The notes under the pieces: generated by a model
Database searches by the model: none
Seen by the model: only the letters and a program-made list of their open reading frames with translations
What the model was told of the DNA's origin: nothing
From: Oculina patagonica
Taxonomy: Eukaryota
DNA length: 64,000 nucleotides
Direction: 5' to 3'
NCBI RefSeq assembly: GCF_052425735.1
Contig: NC_135763.1
Location: 36,022,001 to 36,086,000, forward strand
Translations under genes and position numbers: made by a program
Shown: positions 48,270 to 58,604 of the stretch, in pieces
Layout of the letters: every line of letters starts with the position of its first letter
How positions within the stretch are numbered: the stretch's first letter is position 1

Positions 48270-48990
48270 CTTTTCGAGGGCTGGTTGAGTTGCTGCTAAA
48301 GTAATACATAAGTGACAATGACACTGTGGTTTTGGGTAAAATTTGGGTGGCAGGGAAGCGCGACTTGGGACTAGGGTCCCAGGAGGAGGCCCTCTTGGGG
48401 GAAGTACAGATTAGGTGGTACCTGGGGTAGCCACCCTGGGCTTAATGTTCCAGACCTGCCTCCAGGGGTGAGGCCTATATCATACAGTCCCGAGGGATTG
48501 TGGGAACCAGGAGGGGGAGCCTCCTGGGGGAGTACAGATCAGGTGGTACCGAGGGTAGCCACCCTGAAATGGGTATTTCTCCGAACCTGTCTCCAGTGCG
48601 CTAGAGCTTTATAAGGTGCAGCGAATGGGTGCATTTCCCTGCCACTAACCTTTAATATCAAATAACAATTGCGATAAAGCTAAGTATAATAAGACAAAAG
48701 TTTAAGTTACAATGTAAAAGACTAGCTTTCCTTTATAAAAGGAATGGTAGCATTAAGCAACAGCTATATATAAGATATATAAAAGCAAACGCCAACTAAA
48801 AGGTAAAATAACCTAAGGCAAGGGTTCCAATCATGGGAGTGTGGACGACAAAAGAACTTGTGAAGGATCTGCACGGAGTGACAATGATTGCAAGTTCGTA
48901 CTGTTTATTGAAATACTTGCTATGAAAATTAAAGTTTGCAGACAAATTACTCCTACATGTCCTATGGATCCAAATGACAAAACCATAGCT
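48270..48990 (-). mobile_element. Probable 3' end of an L2/CR1-type LINE with a structured 3' UTR
   Basis: Minus strand 48990-48820 gives a frameshifted ...SFTSSFVVHT/HDWNP, resembling L2/CR1 ORF2 ends. It sits between a GPCR promoter fragment (48000-48260) and GPCR downstream sequence. Confidence 0.4.
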
Positions 48991-49647
48991 TTATCAACCA
49001 ATGGCAACTAGAGACAAATTAACAGCTGCATTTTTGTCATGTGTTCTTTAAAAAAACTAAAAACCACATTTATTTACAATTTCTGACACCATTTTTCTGG
49101 CTCTTCATTAAAGCAATCCATGGGTTCTCATCCTCTCTTGGTTCTTCACAATCGATTGACATGTTTCAAACTATAACGTTTTGGATCTTTTGGAATATCT
49201 TTGACTACTTTTGTCTCGCAAGACTTTTTTGTTTCATCCGACATCTTCCTAATTCCTAAGCTTTCCTAATATTGCTCCGCGTGCGTTATTATAATGATTT
49301 AAAAAAAAGTGTGTAGAAAAAATGTTATTTAAAAACAGTTTTCAGAATCATTATCAGTTCACTTCGCCTTGCCAAGAATTGCTTCATCAATGATTGACAA
49401 CCGAGGATGTCCGGTTATAAGCAAATCACTCAGTGTGGAACTCGGGCCGAGTTAAACACTGTTCCCTAATGTTATTTCTGCCAATGGGATTGTTCATCAA
49501 AAAAATAACAAATTGTTCGTTGCCACTTCGTGCAAAGATGATTTCTTCTCTGATTAATGTTTCGCTGTTGGTTATGCCAAAGCAAAGATCATTTAGTGTC
49601 AAATTATCCTAGGATTTCTGAAAATGGTTAGCTTGACGCTGCAGAAA

Positions 49648-50553
49648 TTATCTCTGCAATGTTCCATGGCGTCCAAAGATATCTTTCAGGCCTTGCGATA
49701 ATTTGGTTTTTTTTTTTTTTTTTTTTTGCGCCTTGTCGATAATTTCCACTGAATGTGAAACAGATGCAAGGGTTTAAAGCACAGTTGTGTGAGCTATAAA
49801 CAAGGCTACATACCAGTAGGTCGAGATGCCACAAGACAATCTAGTGGTGTTATCCCATACGAAGACATTGAGAACGGTGAAAACATTCATAGGCCCCCAG
49901 CATAAGGCAAACCCTGTCAGGATAGCAACCGCCATCTTTACTACTTTTCTGTTCTTTTTCCGTTGCTCCTCGGCGTGTTCGATTGCTCGCCGGAATTTTG
50001 GGACTGAGCTGAAAATGACAAAGAGTAAATCACAGAGAGAGAGAAGGAAAGCAAAGAAGCAAAAGAGTAAGTGTCCGAGATGAATCTCCAGCCAGAGAAC
50101 ACGGGGGAGGCAAAAAAAGCCGCAAAAAAGTGGGGAAGAGGAAGCAACAACCCAGGACGAGAGAACAAGGACAGTGAAGCGGAGGCGAAGGGGAAAACTA
50201 CTACAGCCCAAACGAGGGACCGAGGAGACAAAAGCGGAGAAGAGCAACACACGCACACAAAAGCCGACGAGGAAGCCGAAAAACCAGAAGCCATCATACA
50301 GGTCTGGAGGACGACGGAAACACAAAGATTGGAAACAGAAGACGGACTGCCATGTACGATGAAGTAGTGATTGTTCTTCGCATGGTTTCGTCTTGTAGAC
50401 AATTATTACGATCAAGGTATTCCCGGCTAGCGCAACAACTAGAATCAAACAGTAAGCAAATGTTTTACCGACTTTTTCTGTTGTAAGGTTATCCGGCGTA
50501 ACGCAGCTTGGTGATTGAGTTCCATTCGCCGTTGTGCTCAAGTTTGCTGACAT
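49648..50553 (-). pseudogene. Rhodopsin-family GPCR, inverted paralog of 46230-47216 (degraded or low-quality central part)
   Basis: N-terminus MSANLSTTANGTQSP...LAGNTLIV and TM6-7 are near identical to 46230-47216. Many small deletions at 49950-50380. Poly-T insert ~49700-49727. Confidence 0.75.
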
Positions 50554-51466
50554 TTTAGGATTTCTCAGTTTTACAACCAAAAGTTAATGCCCATCTGGAT
50601 TGTTTACTTGAAATCACCGCTTTATATGTGCTGCACTTATCTTTTGTCGCTATGAGGTGGTATAATTATTTCTTACCATCCTTTAAAACATGCTGCCAAA
50701 TGAGCAAGGTGGACATTGGCTTGAACTTTAATTAATTTTATTGTTACTATGAATTTTTTGATATCTTTACTCCTGCAATTTGGTTCTACGGGACGTAAAT
50801 TCTATCCCGTTTTCATTTAGAAGCAAAAAATTTAAGGGAGAACAAGATTTTGATTTTATTAGGCTTCGTGGTATGGTAATCATCAAACTAGTTTGAAACA
50901 GGCTTGGTTCCAATTTCTCTGCAGAATTTTGAGCACGCAAACAGGTAGATCTTAAGAACTTTCTTTACTCTGTCGTTTTTATTGAGTAGTAGAGAGCCCA
51001 TTTAAACTTTCTACATCACAGTTCACGCTACTCGCTGTGTACGGAAGAAGGAGACCCCAGTTTGGGGTATCTAATAAATATCTGCATTGAACGAAAGTCT
51101 ATTTGTTCAGATGTATTTATTCAGGAAGGAAATCAAGTTTCTAGGGCTTCTTAATTAGTCTTTTAGCTATATTGCATTTACCAGGGGCCACTCTTTATTG
51201 ACCAAACGTGAGGTCCAGATGTAGAAATATTAACTCTTTAGTTGGCCCCTTTTGTTAATTTTCTATATAGTTACTAGTTCAGCGACACCTGGCTGAGTTG
51301 TGTTAATTCAAGACAATGGATCACTTTCGTTTTGTGTTTTCGCAAACGGTTTCGTTGAATTGACCGCAAATATAGTAGCATCCACCAATTAGACTGTTTC
51401 TGCCAAGGAAAAAATCCATCACAGCCTGCAAAGTAACTTGTAAAGTAAGGTCCCATTTTGTCAAAG

Positions 51467-52459
51467 TTACCTCTGCGTCAGCGGGCTATTACGTCTAAGG
51501 AGACTCTTCAGGCCTTGACGATAATATCCACTGAATGTGAAACAGATGCAAGGGTTAATGGCAGAATTTGCGCTAGCCAGAAAAAGAGCAAAAAACTGGA
51601 ACTGCGTGATGCCACAGGATAATCTAGTGGTATTGTCCCAAACAAAGTACGAAAGAAAAAGATACGTGTTCACCGGTGCCCAGCAAAAGACAAATCCTGA
51701 CACAATAGCAACTGTCATCTGCAACACGTTTCTGTGCCTTCTAACGCGTTGCTCCTCGGCGTTGCTTGATGACTCGCCTGGGATCTTCTGTGATGCGAGC
51801 CTGAAAACGACGATAGAGTAAAGTCCGAGCATCGATGCGAAAGAGATAACATATAGTAGTAGGGGTAGAACTAGAAGGTATACCTCTCCGAAATAAGCGT
51901 CGCTAAAGCGCGCCATACACATCCACTTCCCTTCGTATTCGACAAGTTTGAATGCGAACACATATGGGAAGCTCAAGACTACTGCAAAAATCCAAGTGGC
52001 GAGAATTAAGTAGGGGCACAGCTTTGAGTTGATGAGCGGACGACGAAATGGGTACACCACGGCTCCAAATCGATCCACAGCTATCAGGATCAGGCACTCA
52101 GTCGACACAAAACAAGAAATATAACTCATGAGAGGGTTCGCCTTACAAAAGACCTGCCAAAATAGATCGTGACCGTTAGACCACAACTGCGGGTACAAAT
52201 CTATAATTCTCTTCGGAATAACAAAAATTGGTACCAGCATATCGGACATAGCCATGTTAACGATGAAGTAGTTGATAGTTTTTCGCATGGATTTTGTCTT
52301 GTAGACAATTATTCCGATCAAGGTATTCCCGGCTAGCGAAACAATAAGAATCAGGCAGTAAGCAAAGATTTTTCCGATTCTTTCCGCTGTGAGGTTACCC
52401 AAACTGGAGCAGTTTGGTGGCTGAGTTTCGTTCACCGTCGTGTTAAAGTTTACCCTCAT
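51467..52459 (-). CDS. Intact intronless rhodopsin-family (peptide-receptor-like) GPCR, 330 aa
   Basis: Full ORF with 7 hydrophobic segments, N-glycosylation sites, GN, DRF, CWAP and NPCIC. Confidence 0.92.
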   Translation of the reverse strand: MRVNFNTTVNETQPPNCSSLGNLTAERIGKIFAYCLILIVSLAGNTLIGIIVYKTKSMRKTINYFIVNMAMSDMLVPIFVIPKRIIDLYPQLWSNGHDLFWQVFCKANPLMSYISCFVSTECLILIAVDRFGAVVYPFRRPLINSKLCPYLILATWIFAVVLSFPYVFAFKLVEYEGKWMCMARFSDAYFGEVYLLVLPLLLYVISFASMLGLYSIVVFRLASQKIPGESSSNAEEQRVRRHRNVLQMTVAIVSGFVFCWAPVNTYLFLSYFVWDNTTRLSCGITQFQFFALFLASANSAINPCICFTFSGYYRQGLKSLLRRNSPLTQR

Positions 52460-53771
52460 TCTGGTCTGTCTTTGACGGCTTAAACTTCAATTAATTATTC
52501 TCCATCAGGCTTCTTTTTTTGAAAGCGCCGTTTTTCGGACGGTGTACTAAGCGATTACCACAGCAAACTATTAACTACCTATTTCTTGTGACGTTGAAAT
52601 ATGCTGTCAAATCAGTAACGTTGAAGTTTTCTGAGAATCAGTAATTGCTTTTAAGTCGACTTGTTGAAATCTTTACACCTGCTTCAAGCTCTATTTCAGC
52701 TCTGCATGTGGGTGATTGCCGGATTTGTCGTATATGGTACAAAATACATCAAAGCTTGAAAACGAGCGAGATCCAATTTCTCGGCAGAATGTTGAACTAG
52801 TATGTTAGATTTTAACAAGATTAGTGTAAGCAATGAAGTCAATTTCTACTAAGATAATTGATCGCGCTGTGAGAGTAATGGAAAAACTTGATGGCGTCTG
52901 CCATAAAAAATGCTCTTTTTGTTTCCAAAATAAAAACAGGTTGCTGGAGGTTAAACACAGTTAACCTTGTACCTGACTAAACGTGAAAATATAAGTTACT
53001 TGGACTAAAGCAACCAGAACGAACCTTGTGCTCCATTCACCGTTTGTTCCTTTTGTTCGCTTATATTCTGGTGCTTTAGTGATTTCTTTTTCATGCTATT
53101 CATCTTCTACTAATTGCAAACTAATGACCTACGGATAGTCTCTGTTGTGCGATTTTGACCAATCAGCCCACGGTTGTCTATTGTCCGTCGTGCTTTTCCA
53201 ACATACTGTCAAATCATGAAAATTATTTTAAGCTAAAATATAATGTATCTTTCGGCAGCTATTTAAGTTTGCCTCCTGCTGCTATTTTGGCTTTTCTTGA
53301 AGGCCATTCATGGGCCCTATTGATGAATTTAACGCCTAAAAACGTTTGGTCAGGAATCTTTTCGCCTACTTTTCGTTACGTAGAAGTTCCTTCTGTTCCA
53401 AAGCTATGTCTAAGGAAATATTGTAGAAATGATATTTTCTATTTTTTTTTTAAAACTGAATTGAAAACATTTTACAAGTTCTTCGATTCAATAAGACAGA
53501 ATTATATTATATGACTTAAACCTCAAAACAAACGTTGAAATTCGTAAGAGAACTGGTCACCAAGGTTGTTGTAATTCTGAGCAAATAAGAAACTGGGATA
53601 TCTCGAGTTCCACATTATCTCCTTAATAATATTAAAAGTACTTCTGCGAATGTAACTGTACACTAAAATTAAAATTACGCTACTTATAGACCTTTCACTA
53701 TTTTTAAAATTTCCTGCCGTTGAGTCTTTCAAAGCAAAGACCATTGCTTGTTTCCTAAGCGGTAGAGTATG

Positions 53772-54073
53772 ACAGGCGCGGTGGACAAACAGCTAGAGCA
53801 CTGGACACCGAATTGAACGGTCCGGGTTCGAGCCCTGGCCGGGGCGCTGCGTTGTGTTCTTGGGCAAGACACTCACACTCTCACAGTGCCTCTCTTCGCC
53901 CAGGTGTTTAAATGGGTACCGGCGAACTTATACAAGGGGTAACCATGCGATGAACTAGCATCCCATCTGGAAGGAATAGAAATACTCCTAGTCGCTTCAT
54001 GCTATGGTAACCGGAATAAGCTCCTGCCTGATGGGTCGCCAGGCTCATACGCAGACTTTACCTTTTAATTAAT
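53772..54073 (+). mobile_element. Full-length tRNA-derived SINE with 12-bp TSD
   Basis: TSD CGGTAGAGTATG (53760-53771 and 54074-54085). B-box GGTTCGAGCCC. Core TTCTTGGGCAAGACACTCACACTCTCACAGTGCCTCTC. Confidence 0.9.
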
Positions 54074-54104
54074 CGGTAGAGTATGGTTTGATATTGCCCC
54101 GAGA

Positions 54105-55320
54105 TTAACCCTGCAATGTTTCTTAACATCCAAAGAGATCTTTCAGGCATAACTTGACGATAATTTCCACTGAATGTGAAACAGATACAAGGGTTTAAAC
54201 CCNNNNNNNNNNNNNNNNNNNNNNNNNNNNNNNNNNNNNNNNNNNNNNNNNNNNNNNNNNNNNNNNNNNNNNNNNNNNNNNNNNNNNNNNNNNNNNNNNN
54301 NNNNNNNNNNNNNNNNNNNNNNNNNNNNNNNNNNNNNNNNNNNNNNNNNNNNNNNNNNNNNNNNNNNNNNNNNNNNNNNNNNNNNNNNNNNNNTCTTTAT
54401 ATAAAACCCCCCCCCCCCCCCCCCCCCCCCGGGTTTAAAGCACAGTTTGCGTGAGCCATATACACGACTATATACCAGTAGGTTTTGATGCCACAAGACA
54501 ATATAGTGGTGTTATCCCATACAAAGACAATCAGAAAGGAGTAGATTATAAGTGGCCCCCAGCATAAGGCAGAACCTGACACAATAGCAACCGCCATCTT
54601 CACCACTTTTCTGTGCCTTCTCACGCATTGTTTCTCAGCGTTGTTCGATTGCTCACCTGGAATATTTTGCGACTTGAGTTTGAAAAGGATTATAGAGTAT
54701 AGAATGATTATCAAGGGGAAAGAGATGGCAGCGAAAACTATACGCATTCCATCACTATAATATGTGAAAGGGGTTTCTTTCCATTGCCAGCTGCACCTTA
54801 ATTTTCCTGTGAATTCAATAGCGTTGTAGGCGAAGAAAATTGGGAAGAACAAGGCAATTGCAACTATCCAAGTGGTGAGAATGAAGAAGGGACATAGCTT
54901 TGAACTGATAAGCGGAGGACGAAGGGGAAAAACCACAGCTCCAAATCGATCCACTACGATCAGGACCAGGCTCTCAGCAGAGACGACAGAGGATAAGTAT
55001 TGTAAGGGACTCACCACTTTGCACAAGGCCTGGCCATTCAAAAACCAGGAGCTAACGTTCAGCTCTGTTATAATCAAGGTCGGAAATACAAAGATTGGAT
55101 ACAGCAGATCGGACATGGCCATGTTTACGATGAAGTAGTTGATGGTTCTTCGCATGGTTTTCGTCTTGTAGACAATTATTCCGATCAAGGTATTCCCGGC
55201 TAGCGAAACAAGAAGAATAAGGCAGTAAGTAAAGATTTTACCGACTTTGTCTGCTGCGAGGGGACTAGCACAGCTTTGTTGTTGAGTTCCATTTGCCGTT
55301 GAGTTCAAGCTTGCGGACAT
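54105..55320 (-). CDS. Rhodopsin-family GPCR; TM7 interrupted by an assembly gap, C-tail possibly frameshifted
   Basis: Open from ATG 55320 through TM7 (...HANCALNP). After the gap, NPCICFTFSGNYRQ is followed by a 4-bp insertion relative to the paralogs. Confidence 0.75.
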
Positions 55321-56405
55321 TCTGGGATTTCTTAGTTTTACGAGCAAAACTAACTGTCCATCTGGCTTGTTTATAAGAAAGCACCAGTTTATATGTGCTG
55401 CACTTATAAGTTACCGCTCTTAGCCGGTACAATAATTACTTACCATCCAACTGCATGCTGTGTCCTTTCAAACATGCTGTCAAGTCTACGTACATTGACT
55501 AAAAGTTAATTAATTTCAGCACCACGATGGTCTTTACATGATTTTATTTGCTATTAGCTGCACGTTCTACTTGACATAGTATTGAGTAGTAAATAGTAGT
55601 AAGACTTCATTTAAGTGTCAACGGAGTTTAACTTTACCCACTGCTCTGTCGTTTGAAAGTAACTAGATAGAGCTAAAAAAGTAGTTTATAAAAGGTTCGT
55701 TTTGAGCGGGTGCGGGAAACACTGTATTAGATTTGTGCCGCACTCAAAGCGGAGTGTCTGCTTTCATCAACCAGTGGCAACTAGAGACAAATTAAAAGCT
55801 GCATTTTTCTTGTATTCTTTAAAAAAGACTATCAAATCTGTAAAGGCTAAAACGTACTTATTTCACAGCGACTATTTACAATTTCTGACACCCATTTTAT
55901 AGCTCTTCATAAAAGCAATTTTTGGGTTCTTCACAATCGATTGACATGTTTCAAACTAAAAAGTTTTGGAACTTTTGAAGTATCTTTAACTCCTTTCGGG
56001 TTGTTTGACCTTATTTTGTTTCATTCGATATCTTGCTCATTCCTAAAATATTGCTCCGCGTGCGTTATTATAATGATTTTTAAAAACAGTTTTTTGAAAA
56101 AATGTTATTTACATGCAGTTTTCAGGATCATTATCAGTTCACTCCACCTTGCCAAGAATTGCTTCATCAATGATTGACAAGCGAGGATGTCCAGTTATTA
56201 GCAAATCACTCCGAGTTCCACACTGTTCCTTAATGTTATTCCTGCCAATTAGATTATTCATCAAAAAGATAACAAATTGTTCGTTCCCAGTTCGTGTAAA
56301 GATGATTTCTTCACTTATTAATGTTACGCTGTTGGTCATGCCAAAGCAGAGATCATTAACTACAATTCTCCAAGGCTTTCTGAGAATGAGTTGGTTTTTC
56401 AGAAA

Positions 56406-57205
56406 TTATCTCTGCAATGTTCCATGGCATCCAAGGAGACCTTTCAGGCCTTGACGATAATTTCCACTGAATGTGAAACAGATGCAAGGGTTTAAAGCAG
56501 CGTTTGCGTGAGATATAAATACGACTATAAACTTGTAGGATATGATGCCGCAAGACAATCTAGCGGTGTTGTCCAATACATTTCCAAAGACATTCAGAAA
56601 AGCGCCAGATAAGACTGGCCCCCAGCATAGGACAAACCCGGACACAGTGGCAACCGCCATCTTCACGGGGCACGTTTCTGTGTCTTCTCACGCGTTGTTC
56701 CTCAGCGTTGGCCGATCGGCTCGCCTGGAATCTTCTGCGACTTGAGTTTGAAAAGGATTACAGAGTAAAGGATGAATATCGATTAAGGCGAAAGTGATAA
56801 GAGAAAAAAACTATGCATATAAATTGACTATAATATCCGACAGGGTTTTTCCCCCCATTGCCAGCTGCATCTAAAATTTCCTGCTTGTACAAAGACTCGG
56901 GAAGGACAAGGCAACTGCAACTAATCAAGTAGCGAGGACAAGGAAGCGACTCAGCTTTGAACTGATGAGCGGGAAGGATGAGCGGGAAGGACAAGGCAAC
57001 TGCAACTAATCAAGTAGCGAGGACAAGGAAGCGACTCAGCTTTGAACTGATGAGCGGAGGACGAAGGAGAAAAACCACAGCTCCAAATCGATCCACTGCG
57101 ATTAGTACCAGGCTCTCAACGGACACGAGAGGGGATATATTTTGTAAGAGCATCATCACTTTGCACAAGACCTGGCCATAAAAAAAAAACAGAAACTACC
57201 GTTCA
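56406..57205 (-). pseudogene. 5'-truncated, frameshifted GPCR pseudogene
   Basis: TM3-TM7 remnants (VDRFG, CWGP, NPCICFTFSGNYRQGLK). Internal tandem duplication ~56898-57060. No TM1-2. Confidence 0.85.
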
Positions 57206-58604
57206 GTTGTGTAAATTTTTCGTCGATTTTGGAATATTCTTTGAAATATTCTCATGGAATCTTTGTAAAAATCCGTTTTTACGTTGTTTCAGTAGAAGCG
57301 TATAGTTGCTTCAATATGTCAATAGCCCTATAATTCCATAACGTTTGCTTCTTTCGGCAAAATGTTGGCGTTTTGCCCTAACATTGTTGTGTCACTTAAG
57401 GACAATACTCATATTCTACATCTGGCAAAAACATTCTGCATGCAATGAGCGCCTCTCAACTAAGGCTAGGCTTTTTAATACTGCTTATGCAAACTGACAA
57501 AGTACTTATAAACTGAAGCTCTAAAATGCAAAAACGAGCATGGTGAACCCCTCTTTATATTTCATTTTTTATGTACTAGTTGTCATTAACAACTTTGCAA
57601 AATTTAATAAAGAAGTATTTTTCAACAATGACACGAGCATAGAACAAAGAAAAAATTCTGTTCCCCNNNNNNNNNNNNNNNNNNNNNNNNNNNNNNNNNN
57701 NNNNNNNNNNNNNNNNNNNNNNNNNNNNNNNNNNNNNNNNNNNNNNNNNNNNNNNNNNNNNNNNNNNNNNNNNNNNNNNNNNNNNNNNNNNNNNNNNNNN
57801 NNNNNNNNTCTCTTTTTGTTAATTAAGTTTTTCCAATTTTGGTTTTCTGTCCAAGGATTGAAGAACACTCACTGTAAATTGTTGGGATTGCACCTCCACT
57901 GCAGATTGTATGTTGCTTGGCTTGCAAGATTCCGAAATTGAAATTGCAAGATTTCAGATTCTGAGACCAACTTTACTTTTTGCACAAGATACCGAGACAC
58001 TAGTTAAATTTGTGGGCCCGAGATTTGAAGATTCCACTTGAATTGGCCGAGACTCATTTTATTTTAAGGACCATGTTAGTTATACCCCTCGAATTCAAAC
58101 AAGTAATATTTCTTTTTCATTTAAACTTTGCGTCAGTCCTTTCTAACTTTCCAGGAGTCTTTCGCTTCATGTTTTTCACAGTTTCTTATTAGCGTTTAGT
58201 TTTGTTAATGTAATATTTATATTGATGGATGGATCGCGCGCAACAGAATAACGGATCCAGCCGACCCCCTTTTAATCAATCGTCATCCCTTAAAAATATA
58301 ACTCAGACAAATACAAGACAGCTTTTTTGCGCTTTTCAAAAACACGTGAACTCTGAAGGTAAAACCCAACTAATGATTGTGTTTTTGTTGCTGTCAATCA
58401 CAATTGTGACAACCAATGAACCTTGAAAAACAGAAACAAACAAAATGGATTAAAAAATACCAATTAAAACTGACCGACATGGTCTTCCGACCTGGTTGAA
58501 GTGAACCCTTGTTTCCCGAGAGGTTCACTGAGATGATTGACAGCAGCAAAAAGCACAAACCGTTTGTTGAGGTTTAGATTTCAGAGTTCGCATGTTTTTG
58601 AAAA

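Noticed and set aside
58250-58292. SECIS-like AUGA...AAAA...GA on the minus strand
   Set aside because: Helix II is too short and mostly G-U, it lies beyond the likely poly(A) site, and there is no credible selenoprotein ORF.
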